Assembly: GCF_021869535.1 (NCBI RefSeq)
Contig: NW_026262674.1
Span: forward strand, 1,364,001-1,428,000
Direction of reading: 5' to 3'
From: Mytilus californianus
Lineage: Eukaryota
Length of the DNA: 64,000 nt
Shown here: piece after piece, positions 13,001 through 25,810 of the stretch
Numbering within the stretch: the stretch's first letter is position 1
Layout of the letters: every line of letters starts with the position of its first letter
Made by a program: the position numbers and the translations under genes
The notes under the pieces: model-generated
Database searches by the model: none
The model's input: only the letters and a program-made list of their open reading frames with translations
What the model was told of the DNA's origin: nothing

Positions 13001-14125
13001 ATGAATGTGGAAGAGGATCTAGTCACAATCAATGGTACTCTACACAGACATGTGGGAACAGAGGCTGTAGTCACAATCAATGGTACTCTACACAGACATG
13101 TGAGAACAGAGGCTGTAGTCACAATCAATGGTACTCTACACAGACATCTGGGAACAGAGGCTGGTAATAAACTGCATGAATGGGATGTTTGTGCTAGAAA
13201 AAATAGTCCCGGTAGAGACTTAAAGAGACACATGAGAAGGGAAACTGCTGAAAAACATCACAAATGTGATATGTGTGAGAGAGAATTTTCTAGAGAAAGT
13301 AACCTATTAAAGATACACATGAAAACACATACAGGTGATAAACCTCATAACTGTAGTGAATTTGGTAAGGAGTTTAGTCATCTTGGTAATTTACGGGGTC
13401 ACACGAGAACACATTCAAACGAAAAAACTCATGTCTGTGATGTATGTGGTAAAGGGTTTCGTCATCTTGGTAGTTTACAGATTCACATGAGAACGCATAC
13501 AGGGGATAAACATGATAAACCTCATGACTGTGATGTATGTGGTAAAGGGTTTAGTCAGCATGGTAGTTTACAGATTCACATGAGAACACATACAGGGGAT
13601 AAACCTTATGACTGTGGTTTATGTGGTAAAGGGTTTAGTCAGCTTGGTCATTTACAGAGACACATGAGAACACATACAGGGGAGAAACCTTATGCCTGTG
13701 ATGTATGTGGCAAAGGTTTTAGTCTTCTTAATAATTTACAGATTCACATGGGAACACATACAGGGGATAAACCTCATAACTGTGATGTATGTGGTAAAGG
13801 GTTTAGTCAGCTTGGTGATTTACAGAGACACATAAGAACACATATAGGTGATAAACCTCATAACTGTGATGTATGTGGTAAAAGGTTCAGCCTGCTTGGA
13901 AATTTACAAAGACACATGAGAATACATACCGGCGATAAACCTCATGACTGTGATGTATGTGGTAAAGAGTTCAGTCGACTTGGTGATTTACAGAGACACT
14001 TGAGAATACATACAGGTTATAAACCTCATGAATGTGATGTTTGTGGGAAAGGGTTTAGTGATCTTAGTAATTTCAAGAGACATATGAAAACACATACAGG
14101 CAAAACATGTAAACCTCACATTTGA
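13001..14125 (+). CDS. C2H2 zinc-finger protein 1 (ZF exon): 8 canonical, 1 atypical and 2 degenerate fingers
   Basis: CxxC-x12-HxxxH repeats with TGDKP/TGEKP linkers; pyrimidine tract and ttacag acceptor ending at 12981; frame is open from the acceptor. Confidence 0.85.
   Translation: MNVEEDLVTINGTLHRHVGTEAVVTINGTLHRHVRTEAVVTINGTLHRHLGTEAGNKLHEWDVCARKNSPGRDLKRHMRRETAEKHHKCDMCEREFSRESNLLKIHMKTHTGDKPHNCSEFGKEFSHLGNLRGHTRTHSNEKTHVCDVCGKGFRHLGSLQIHMRTHTGDKHDKPHDCDVCGKGFSQHGSLQIHMRTHTGDKPYDCGLCGKGFSQLGHLQRHMRTHTGEKPYACDVCGKGFSLLNNLQIHMGTHTGDKPHNCDVCGKGFSQLGDLQRHIRTHIGDKPHNCDVCGKRFSLLGNLQRHMRIHTGDKPHDCDVCGKEFSRLGDLQRHLRIHTGYKPHECDVCGKGFSDLSNFKRHMKTHTGKTCKPHI
13019..13165 (+). repeat. In-frame 48-bp (16-aa) triplication in ZF1 N-terminus
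   Basis: VTINGTLHRH(V/L)(G/R)TEA occurs three times; ZF2 and ZF3 have one copy. Confidence 0.9.
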
Positions 14126-14174
14126 AATGTTTGTGACTAAGGGTTTAATCAATTGAATAGTTTAAAGGGAAGTA

Positions 14175-14480
14175 TGCAATTAACCTCATGACTGTGATGT
14201 ACAATGTATATGGTACAGAGTTTGGTCAGCATTGTAATTTACATATTGACATGAGAACACATACATGTTATTAACTTCATGACTGTGGTGTATATGGTAC
14301 AGAGTTTGGTCAGCATTGTAATTTACATATTGACATGAGAACACATACATGTTATTAACTTCATGACTGTGGTGTATATGGTACAGAGTTTGGTCAGCAT
14401 TGTAATTTACATATTGACATGAGAACACATACATGTTATTAACTTCATGACTGTGGTGTATGTGGTAAAGGGTTTAGCTA
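14175..14480 (+). repeat. 84-bp tandem repeat of a dead finger, about 3.5 copies
   Basis: Near-identical units, each with TAA in the linker, Cys to Tyr and His to Asp. Confidence 0.85.
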
Positions 14481-14659
14481 GCTTAGTAAGCATGCTAACA
14501 CATGAGAACACATGATTGTGATGTATGTTGCATATGGTTTAGTCATATATTCATGATCTTAGTAATTTAAGGAGACATATGAACATGATGAAAATACATA
14601 CAAGCAAAGCATATAAATTTCACATTTGTAATGTATGTGGTAAAGGATTTAACTAGCTT

Positions 14660-14830
14660 AAATAATAATAAAATTGAGAATGGAAATGGGGAATGTGTCA
14701 AAGAGACAACAACCCGACCACAGAACAGACAACAGCAGAAGGCCACCAACAGGTCTTCAATGCAGCGAGAAATTCCCGCACCCGGAGGCGTCCTTCAGCT
14801 GGCCCCTAAACAAATATATATACTAGTATT
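14660..14830. mobile_element. Short SINE-like interspersed repeat
   Basis: aataaaattgagaatggaaatggggaatgtgtcaaagagacaacaacccgacca; second copy at about 18545-18715 and a stub near 62500. Confidence 0.6.
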
Positions 14831-14903
14831 TCAAAGAAACACATGAGAACACATAAAGGCGATAAAAATCATCACTGGTGAAGTATGTGGTAAACAGTGA
14901 TAA

Positions 14904-15809
14904 AGGTTTCATTTTACTCAATGTGATTTACAGAGACACACAAGAACACATACAGGTTATAGATCTCATGACTGTAATGTATGTGGGAAAGAGTTCAGTC
15001 TACTTTGTGATTTACAGAGACACACGAGAACACATACAGGTTATAGACCTATTGACTGTAATGTATGTGGGAAAGAGTTCAGTCTACTTTGTGATTTACA
15101 GAGACACACTAGAACACATACAGGTTATAGACCTATTGACTGTGATGTATGTGGGAAAGAGTTCAGTCTACTTTGTGATTTACAGAGACACACTAGAACA
15201 CATACAGGTTATAGACCTATTGACTGTGATGTATGTGGGAAAGAGTTCAGTCTACTTTGTGATTTACAGAGACACACGAGAACACTTACAGGTTATAGAC
15301 CTCATTACTGTGCTGTATGTGGGAAAGAGTTCATTCTACTTTGTGATTTACAGAGACACACGAGAACACATACAGGTTATAGACCTATTGACTGTGATGT
15401 ATGTGGGAAAGAGTTCAGTCTACTTTGTGATTTACAGAGACACACGAGAACACATACAGGTTATAGACCTATTGACTGTGATGTATGTGGGAAAGAGTTC
15501 AGTCTACTTTGTGATTTACAGAGACACACGAGAACACTTACAGGTTATAGACCTCATTACTGTGCTGTATGTGGGAAAGAGTTCAGTCTACTTTGTGATT
15601 TACAGAGACACACGAGAACACATACAGGTTATAAACCTCAGGACTGTGATGTATGTGGGAATGGGTTTAGTCATCTTATTGATTTAAGGAGGCATATGAA
15701 AATACATACAGACAAAACATGCAAACCTCACATTCATGACATATGTCAATTTGTGTTGTACCAAACAAATGTATGCAAATACATAACATACAGGCAAATT
15801 ACCTTATGA
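14904..15809 (+). pseudogene. Cryptic ATG-less open frame with 9 near-identical C2H2 fingers (7 intact)
   Basis: Frame offset -1 from the listed 14878 ORF reads (CDVCGKEFSLLCDLQRHTRTHTGYRPID)n; stop-free from 14904 to TGA at 15807-15809. Confidence 0.8.
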
Positions 15810-16189
15810 CTGTAATGTATGTGGTACAGGGTTTTGTTGGCATTGTAATTTACATATTGACATGAAAACATATTAATTTGATGACTGTTGTGTATATGGT
15901 AAAGGGTTTAGCTAGCTTAGAAATGTAAAGAGACACATGAGAACACATACAGGTGATTAATCTCTTGACTGTATCATGTGTATGTGGTAAAGCTTTTAAT
16001 CAGCATGTTGACTCAATGAAACACATTGGAATACATAATGGGGATAAAACTCTGAAATGAGATGTTTGAGGTTTCGGGTTTAATATGAGTGATAATCTAC
16101 ATTCTAAAACACGTACTACATTTGTACTAGTAAATATATAATAACATGGATAATTTACAAAGATAATGAGAACGCATGCTAATGATAAT

Positions 16190-16630
16190 TTATAGACACG
16201 TGAGAACTCAAACTAGTGATTGTTTACATAGACATTTGAGAACACATACCAGTGACAATTTACATAGACACATGAGAACACATACTAGTCTAGTGATGAT
16301 TTACGTAAACACACATGAGAACCCATACTTGTGATAAGGGATAATTTACATAAACACATGAGAACACATACTAGTAATGATTTACGTAAACACACATGAG
16401 AACCCATACTAGTGATAACGGATAATTTATAAGACACATGAGAACACATACTAGAAAATAAGTGATAATTTACGTAGACGTATGAGAAATCATATTAGTG
16501 ATAACTTACATAGACATATGAGAACACATTTATTAGTGATAATTTACACTGAGAACACATACTAGTGATAATTTACATAGACACAAGAGAACACATACTA
16601 GTGATAATTTACATAGACACATGAGAACAC
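16190..16630 (+). repeat. 36-40-bp minisatellite from the finger helix and linker
   Basis: Unit actagtgataatttacatagacacatgagaacacat. Confidence 0.8.
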
Positions 16631-16999
16631 ATATCAGCATGATTAGTAAATAATGGATAAATGTCATTCATCTAGAATAATAGAATACTTGACTGTAAAT
16701 AATCTATGTGTAAATATCTGTTTTTGATTGTATTGTGATGTGTGTGTGGTCTCACTGAAGATAAGTTTTTTTGTAACTAACTATAATTGTTAACCCTCTT
16801 TAAATAAAGAATTAATACTAATATTATTATGATAATTATTATTATGATTGTATGAGAGTTCATCCAGGTATTTTACTATGTTATAAATAGCATTAATTGA
16901 TTGATGGATTTTAAGCATTTTTCGTCACTTTCACGACCCCAGCGTGTCTGGTAAAACAGCCGTTGGACGTCAGAGTAATCTCGGACTAATCATAACGAA

Positions 17000-18140
17000 G
17001 CCCGTTTTTGTCTCGCCTGCGAAGAAAGTCGCAGTATGCGGGACATGGGTATTCTATCCGGCGGCATCGTAAACTATGTATTCTATCCGGCGGCAGCGTA
17101 AACTATTTGAATAAAGCTATATTTCAGATGGTAGAAGACCTGGATGTTTCATATCTTGTATATAGATACACAATGTTACGAAGTTTCCGTCTGTCATATG
17201 TTCAATGTCATTAACCTCATTTTCATGGTTCAGTGACTGCTTGAAAAAAAAATTGTAATGTGAATTTCTTACTTATTATGAGTATATACCGGTATATATA
17301 ATATTCTTTGCATCATCTACATGTCTGTCAGACAGGAATCACCTGACCTCGACCTCATTTCATGGACCAGTGATCAAGGTTAAAGTTACGTGATTAGGTT
17401 CGTTTCTCTATTACTGAATGCAGTAGGATCACTATATGTGGTGAATGAAATGAGTGTAATGGGTGCATATCAGTCCGACAGGTTTCATCTGATTTTTGAC
17501 CTTATTTTCATGGTTCATTAGTCAATGTATTTTTTTGTGTGTTTTGGTCTGTTGTTACAAGAATAATAAGCAACAGGTCAACTATAATTGGTGTATTGAA
17601 TGACTTTAAGGTGTGCATGTCTGTCTGGCAGGCATTATCTGACCGTAACCGCATTTTCATGTTCATTGGTCAATGATACATTTTCGTAATTGTGTCAGTC
17701 CATCAGATACTATAAGCATCTGGTCAACTATATTTGGTGTATTGAATGATTGTATTAAGGTATACATGTAGTTCTAGCCAATATAACATGACCTTGACCT
17801 CATTTTCACGATTCATTGGTCAATTTTAAGTTTTTGTCTGTTTTTCAAGTACTATTATAAAAGGTCAACTATATTTAGTGTATACAATGATTATATACAT
17901 GAAGTTCTCGCAGTATCATCTGACCTTGACCTCATTGGTCAATGTTAAGTTTTTGTTTTTCGGTCTGTTTTTCAAATTTTTGATGTAGTAGGTCAGCTTT
18001 ATTTGGAGAAGGAAATTATTGTAAGGTGAACATGTCTGTCTTGCCTGGGTCATCTGACCATGACCTCATTATCATAGAACATCTTACAAACTTTCAACAT
18101 AAATTTAATGATAACTAAAACAGACATGTGCACTCTTGCT
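17000..18140 (+). mobile_element. Family A HINE-like element, near full length
   Basis: 5' ttttgtctcgcctgcgaagaaagtcgcag, internal subrepeats as in 1-1140, 3' agacatgtgcactcttg. Confidence 0.55.
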
Positions 18141-18779
18141 GTTGGTGGAAGAAGCTGGTGTTCCCGGAATGAACCGACGACCTTCGGTAGGAAACAGAAT
18201 ACCTATCGTCAATTTAGATTTGATTCGATTCTATTCTGGTTTTAAACTACCGGCATGTTAAATATTTGAAAGTATTAATCCCTTTAAAATAGGTGTGTGA
18301 TTAAGAATTGAGGTTTTATAAAAAAAAACTTGTACTCACGTGAGAGTACACACAGCGATTACACGTGTGATGAAGGTGTAAACTGACGTCGACCGTCAGA
18401 ACTTGCAGCGAAAAGAAAACACATATTAATGTTACCGTTCATCCCTAACAATGAGCAAAACCCATATCGTATAAAAGATAAAAGCCCACTCCCAATGGTT
18501 CAATTCAATTCAATTCAATTAAGTTTTATTTAAAGTCGGTACCCAATAAAATAAAATTGAGAATGGAAATGGGGAATGTGTGAAAGAGACAACAACCCGA
18601 CCAAAGAGTAGAAAACAGCCGATAGCCACCAATGGGTCTTCAGCACTGCGTGAAAAACCTCATCGTGAGGCTGGCTTCAGTTGACCCCTTAACAAAATTT
18701 GTACTAGTTCAATGAAAATTAACTTCATAAACACATGTATTTAATATTTCAATAACAGTCAGAACTTATAGACATGTGA

Positions 18780-19660
18780 ACACATATGAATGTGTTGTAA
18801 ATGTTTATTTTGTAAATGACAGTTAACGCTTACAGACATACGAACACATATAAATGTGGTCAATTGGTAAATGGCAATCAGAGATTACCCAGACATGAGA
18901 ACAGTCAGAACTTACATAGACATGGGAACAGTCATAGCGTACAGAGATATGAAAGCAGTTAGAACTTAGACATGAGAACAGTCAGAGCTTACATAGACAT
19001 GAGAACCGTCAGAACTTATAGACATGAGAACCGTCAGAGCTTACACAGACATGAGGACCGTCAGAACTTACATAGACATGAGAACAGTCAGAGCTTACAG
19101 AGACATGAAAACAGTCAGAACGTATAGACATGAGAACCGTCAGAGCTTACACATACATGAGGACCGTCAGAGCTTACACAGACATGAGAACAGTCAGAAC
19201 TTACATAGACATGAGAACAGTCAGAACTTACATAGACTGGGAAAATCAGAGCGTACTGAGACATGAAAACAGTTAGAACTTAGACATAAGAACAGTCAGA
19301 GCTTACAAAGACATGAGAACAGTCAGAACTTACATAGACATGAGAACAGTCAGAACTTACATAGACATGGGAAAATCAGAGCGTACTGAGACATGAAAAC
19401 AGTTAGAACTTAGACATAAGAACAGTCAAAGCTTACAAAGACATGAGAACAGTCAGAACTTATAGACATGAGAACAGTCAGAGCTTATAAACATGAGAAC
19501 CGTCAGAGCTTACACAGACAAGAGAACAGTCAGAACTTACATAGACATGAGAATTGTCAGAACTTACAGAGACATGAAAACAGTCAGAACTTATAGACAT
19601 AGGAACAGTTAGAGCTTACACAGACATGAAAACAGTCAGAACGTATAGACATGAGTCAGA
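18780..19660 (+). repeat. 27-bp minisatellite, about 30 copies, ZF-helix derived
   Basis: Unit gacatgagaacagtcagaacttacata; 9-aa periodicity in the ORF track. Confidence 0.9.
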
Positions 19661-19789
19661 ACTTACACAGCTTTGTAAACACGCACTGGTAGAAACCTTA
19701 ATAATCTAGTGTAAGCGTTCTTTGATCATGGCTCATCGACTGCCGAGACATAAAAATTAATGATTGTATAATATATATCTGCTGACAGC

Positions 19790-20360
19790 CAGTTCTTACA
19801 TGTACAGAGACATGTGGACACAAAATGGTGATAAACCTAATTAATGTGGTGTAAGTGTTCAATGTTTTACTGACAGCCAGAACTTACAGAGAGACATGTG
19901 GACATATGCTGGTGATAAACCTAACCAATGTGCAGTAAGGGTTCAATGTATTATTGACAGCTTAAACCCACAGAGAGACATATAGACACATACTGGTTAT
20001 AAACATAATTAATGTGGTGTAAGTGTTCAATGTTTTACTGAGAGCCAGAACTCACAGAGAGATGTGTACATATACTGGTGATAAACCTAATAAATGTGAT
20101 ACTAGTGTTCAATGCTTTACTGAGAGCCAGAACTAACAGAGAGACATGTATAAACATACTGGTGATAAACATATTTAATGTCGTACGTGCTCATTTTTTC
20201 ACTTACAGCCCGAACTCACAGAGAGACATGTAAATTACACATTACTGGTGATAAATTAATGTGGTGTTGGTGTTCGATGTTGCCTGACAGTCAGCTAGAA
20301 CTAACCAGAGAGACGTACGTGTGGCTACATGCTGGTGGTAAACCGTTACCAAATTAATGT
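19790..20360 (+). repeat. ~78-bp degenerate ZF-derived repeats
   Basis: ctggtgataaacctaattaatgtggtgtaagtgttcaatgttttactgacagccagaacttacagagagacatgtggacaca units. Confidence 0.8.
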
Positions 20361-21650
20361 GTTGTTAGTGTTCAAAGGTTTTTTTTAATTTTTCTCAAAA
20401 ATCTATATGAATTACCACTTGACGTCAATTCGTTGTTTACAATTAAGTAGAACACATATAATTGAAAAAAAATGAAAAAAAAACCCTAAATCTTCGTGTT
20501 AACCAGAGACCTGAGCTATCTATATTTAATTATCTAATTGAACATTTTTACTGAACATAAGATTATTTTCCTCATTTTGTGTGGTTATAGATGGTTGCAT
20601 TGTAAAGTAAATAAACATTATCTCCGTTTTTTAGGCTCTCATGCATATTTTTCTTTAGAAGACAAAGCATTGTCTTTCAATGTTGTCATAATTTCATGTA
20701 GATGCTTGACCTCTTTATAAATATGCTTGGGTCTTGAAGTTGACAAATTTTGGTAACTTATCGACTTGTAGGAGTCAATATTTGCAACTTTTTAATTCAG
20801 GTCAAATATTTCTTGCTTTACACTAATTGACTTATTGAAGTCATAATTTGTCTTAAATTAAAGGGAGACAAATCTTGAAACCTACAAATTTAGACCTCTA
20901 TGAGTCAAAAGCAGATTTAGACTTATTTACATGTTTGTCTGAGCTCTGACTGACTAGTCCAACACCCCATTAGTTTCAACATCATTTGGTCCGACACCCC
21001 ATTGATGTATTTACATTTGTATGCTAATTTATCCACCGTTACGTAAAGTCACACAGGTTCCCGTAAACTTTGACATCACAATAAAAAAAATTGCTGTCAC
21101 AATTAAATAGTGATTGCTGCTCATGCTGCTTGACATGCTTGATGTCAGAAGGTTATTCTGAGCAGATTTAAGGTCATTCGGAGCTAAATTCAGCTAATTA
21201 CCAAAAGTGTAAATACGTATATTTGTCCGACAGCCCAGTAGTCCAACACCCCAATAGTCTGACAATGAAAGGTGCATTACTGCTGTTATAGAAAATCAAT
21301 TCATAGAATCGTTGTTGGTGTGGTATTTGAACAACTCTTTCTTATATAAGTATGTCAAAGAAACCAAAACAGAGGATACCATACCACCCAATCTAATCAA
21401 ATTCATATTTATATTAACTCTGGTGATCTCATACATGATGGTGTTTTTATGGGAAAATGCACTACTCTTAAAAGAAAATGCAAAGAATATTCCCCAGTAG
21501 TGCAGTCTGTCATCTTTCACGTAATTTAGTCTCGGAAATTGTCATTACTAAAAAAGAATCATTTTACCCTGCAAACATGGCAAAGGGAATATTTTATACC
21601 AAGAATGATTTTCATCTACACCATGTACACTGTACATGCAAGTACATGAA

Positions 21651-22487
21651 GCACTTGGGCAGAATCAATTTGCGCCAATTGCAGTTTTGAAAAGGTATCA
21701 ATTGCGCCACTCTCTTTTTTTCTGATGGTATTAATTGCGCCAATAAACAGAACCAAATTGCGCCACATTTACCTGTATATTTTTTACCTATATCATACAT
21801 GTATCCGTTAACCTATCCACTTTAGATTAAACTGAACTCATCAAAATTAAGAAAACTCACTAATACATATTAAATTGTTCAGTATAAAAATTAGTTTTTC
21901 ACATGGAAAGTATATCGAGTCCGATAAAGAGAAACCTATCATAGTTATAGAAGATCAGAAATTCTGTCAGGCATTTAATTGTGAAGAAAAACGAAGAAAT
22001 CTGATGGAGATCTCGAAAAAAACCTTAAAAAAACCAGTGAGAGAATTGAGCAGAAAGGAATGTGTTTCTATTTTAAGTTATAAAGTTTTTGGTTATTGTT
22101 GAAAAGAAACATTTTATAGCTTTACCTGTATATATGTTATATTAAAATTTTGTCTTTGGCAATTCATAATTTTACTAAGACAAAATTTTAATATGACATA
22201 TATATATATGTGAGTGAGCATTTTAATACAGCATATTTTTTGTAGTCTGTAAATTGTCGGACTCAAGCCTGGAAAAAGGAAGAGGGCAGTCAATCGTATA
22301 GTTGATATATAATATATAAGTAAATATAAATAAGTTGATAAAATTGGCGCAATTAGATAATTTTTTAATTGGCGCAAATTATACCAATTGTTTTTAATAT
22401 GAAGTGACGCAGAAGTAGTATTGGCACAAATAAGTTGTGGCGCAAATGAGTTCATTTTTGGCGCAAAAAGATCTCGCCCAAGTACTT
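21651..22487. mobile_element. MITE with inverted ttgcgcca subterminal arrays
   Basis: aattgcgcca repeats on the left and tggcgcaa repeats on the right; ends cttgggcagaatc / gatctcgcccaag; TSD not resolved. Confidence 0.55.
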
Positions 22488-22859
22488 ATAGATAGAAAAC
22501 TTTCAAAACTGAAAGTTGTCGAGCTGTTAATGGGGCACTAGCTGTCTTACATGTCAAATTCATGTTCACCGATTTGACTCAAATTCTCATATTAGATTTA
22601 TAACAGATGTAAAACATTTATTCAAATTATAAAAAGTCTAAAATAAACAATTTACCAGGCATACATGGGCTCGATAATATGCAGCTTCGTTTCGTGTGTA
22701 TTTTAGTCTAGACACCATCTAACTAACTATCGAAAAGTAAACAACCGACTGTCACATTACACAATCTAAACATAAACATGATAAATATAAATAGATATAT
22801 GGACCTTGTGCAAATGTGTTAGTAAATGGCTCTGTACTGTGCCAGATCGCTCCTGCTAG

Positions 22860-23520
22860 GCCATCGAAACCGGAAAGTATGTCAGGCTGCCAATTCCAGT
22901 TCATACCAGACTTTGTGTGCTTTGTATGAACAATTGTGTTGAATCTGAAAAACACTTTCTTTTAAATTGTTCTCTTTATGATGACTGGAGATGGCTTTTA
23001 TTTTCTGAATGTTCAAATTATATTGAAAATTTTGCTATTTTAGACGATGATCAGAAATTTGTTAAAATGACGAACAAATGATCATGATGATGAAATAAGT
23101 TAAAAAAAAATTGTCATGAAATTCAATCAATTTATAAGCAAAAGTATTTAATTTTTTTTTTTATGATACGACAGTTATTTTTAGTTTGAGATACCAATTG
23201 TTATTGTTCTTTTAACATGTTTAACTTACTTTTAAAGTCATGTGATATATTTAAATGAAATAAATAATTATAATTTTTATGTATTTAATTTATAATATTA
23301 TTTTAATTTATTAATTGAATTTAAATAATAAATCTTTTTGAAAATGTACAAAAACAAATGGTGTGAAAATGTTTTGTAAATATGTGTCTCATAAGCCAAC
23401 TTGATGGCTGGGTATTGATTGTTTTATTTTAATGTATATTTTTATTATGTCATTGTATAATGTACTATCAGTATGTGACACAATTATAAATTAAATTTAT
23501 TATTATTATTATTATATATT
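22860..23520 (+). pseudogene. CR1/L2-type LINE 3' end
   Basis: RLPIPVHTRLCVLCMNNCVESEKHFLLNCSLYDDWR, then an AT-rich 3' UTR and (tta)n tail. Confidence 0.6.
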
Positions 23521-24349
23521 ATTATATATGGACTTCATGCAAATGGATTTTTCTATGTCTGTTTGATTTCAAATTTAAGGTTAAATTTTTTTTTATCTGA
23601 ATAAGAATGATTTTTTGTGGATCGATTCAGTCAATCAAATGATTTACCTTTGTTTCACTTTCAATGTTGACATTCTCTTCTTTTTATAACCTAAAATGCA
23701 TCAATCATGCATAATCTATCTCTAGCTAAGGCGTTAAATTGAAGATCACATGAATACGGATTCAATGAGGTTGAATTATTCACTTGCAAGTGAATAATTC
23801 ATCATCGATGTTTCTTAGCTTATTTTAACAAAATTGAACCAAACTGGCTGCTATTTTTAGATCCTGTCCCTAGTTCCTGGTCCAGCAACTTCATATTAAT
23901 AAGCAATGTTGCTGTACATCAGATTGTCTCTTCTGAATTTTTTTCTGCAGACAGACGAGACATATGTCTGTGTCAACAGTTTATTTATTATAAATAAATT
24001 AAGAAGATATGGTATGAATGTTAATGAGACAATTGTCCATCCAAATCACAATGTATGAAAAGTTAACAATTATGTAGGTAAAAGTGGCCGCCTTTAAAAT
24101 AATGTTAACATTTACCAACATTCTTTTCCTTATGAATAAAGAAAACGTGAGGTATACATCAATGATGCAGTACAGCTTATATAATTCTTCTTCATGTTGT
24201 ACAAAGTATGGAATTAAATAACCCAAACAAGCAGATGCTTAAATGCAGAGAATGTCAAAATAGATATTTTATGTGTAATTTGCGGGAAAGTATCAAAAGG
24301 AATATGTCTTTACAGAGTTGTACACGATCATACATTCACATTAAAAAGA

Positions 24350-24871
24350 ATGTATGAGGTAGAAGATTTTGTCACAATCAATGGCACACAACAGAGACAC
24401 ATAAGAACACAGACTGGTACACTTCATAAATGTGGTGTTTGTGGTAGAGAATTTAGTAGATGTAATGACTTGAAGAGACATGTGAGAACACATACTGGCG
24501 AAAAACCTCATGACTGTGATGTTTGTGGTAAAGGGTTTAGTCAGTCTGGTAGTTTACAAAGTCATATGAGAATACATACAGGTGAAAAACCTCATGACTG
24601 TGAAGTATGTGGTAAGCGGTTTAGTCGGCTCTTTATATTACAAATGCACATGAGAACACATATAGGAGATAAACCTTATGAATGTGATACATGTGGTAAA
24701 AGGTTTAGTCAGCATTGTCATTTAAATACACACATGAGAATACATACAGGAGATGAACCTCATAACTGTGATGTATGTGATAAAGTGTTTAGTCGGCTTG
24801 GACATCTACAAAGACACATGAAAACATATACAGGAGATAAACCTTATGAGATGTCTGTGATCAAAATTTAA
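24350..24871 (+). CDS. C2H2 zinc-finger protein 2 (4 canonical fingers plus 1 His-to-Tyr), truncated
   Basis: Canonical fingers and linkers; ttacag acceptor ending at 24315; broken finger remnants continue to about 25140. Confidence 0.7.
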   Translation: MYEVEDFVTINGTQQRHIRTQTGTLHKCGVCGREFSRCNDLKRHVRTHTGEKPHDCDVCGKGFSQSGSLQSHMRIHTGEKPHDCEVCGKRFSRLFILQMHMRTHIGDKPYECDTCGKRFSQHCHLNTHMRIHTGDEPHNCDVCDKVFSRLGHLQRHMKTYTGDKPYEMSVIKI

Positions 24872-25354
24872 TTCGTCTTAGTAATTTACAAATTCACATG
24901 AGAACACATACAGTTGAAAACTGCATGACTGTAATGTTTGTGGAAACAAGTTTGGTCACCATAGTAATTTACAACGTCACATGAGAACACATACATGTGA
25001 TTTACCTTATAACTGTGATTTATGTGGAAAAAGATTTAGTCAGTATGTGATAAACATGATAAAACTCATGACGGTGATGGACAATATATGTGGTTAAGGC
25101 TTGGTGAAGAACAGAGACGCATGAGAACACATATTTCACATGAACATGATGATGATGATATTTTTTAATGGTATTGTCGGCTTACATTCTGTATATGTGA
25201 CTGTCCCAATTGAGGAGCCACAATAATTATATACATGTAGTTGTCATTTATTGTTGTATATTATATCTGTTTTTAGTTGACTGTTTGGTAATAATCAGTA
25301 TAATCTAAAATCAGTGCGTTAGTTTTCTCTTTTGAATTGTTTTACACAAATGTT

Positions 25355-25684
25355 TTACATTTTTATACGACCGTAAAATTTTGCGGTCGTATGCTGGTAT
25401 TGGTATCACGTTGTCGTCGTTGTCGTCGTTGTCGTCGTCGTCGAAGTCCGAAGACACTTGGTCCGGACAATAACTTTAGTATAAGTGAATAGAAATCTAT
25501 GAAATTTTAACACAAGGTTTATAACCACAAAAGGAAGGTTTGGATCGATTTTGGGGGTTGTTGTCCTAACAGATTAGGAATTAGGGGCCAAAATGGAGCC
25601 TAAATAAGCATTTTTCTAGTTTCCAGACTATATCTTGTGGAACGGTGTATGGATCTCTCTGAAATTATACCACAAGATTTCATC

Positions 25685-25717
<33 letters not shown>

Positions 25718-25810
25718 CGGGGGGGGCGGTCGGCGGGGGGTTATGGCTCAAACCGTTTAGGAATAAGGGTCAAAAAGGGGAAAAAACAAGGGTGTCCTGC
25801 AGGGCTTCCA
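25355..25810 (+). mobile_element. 5' part of a HINE-like element
   Basis: T-run followed by hairpin atacgaccg..cggtcgtat, a (gtc)n microsatellite and an internal G-run. Confidence 0.5.

Noticed and set aside
14878-15687. 269-aa hydrophobic repeat ORF
   Set aside because: It is an off-frame reading of the 84-bp finger array; the -1 frame gives canonical C2H2 fingers.
25687-25740. Long G-run (poly-Gly ORF or G-quadruplex)
   Set aside because: Homopolymer inside a repeat, as at 595-610, 7775-7790 and 50018-50043; length is unreliable in assemblies.
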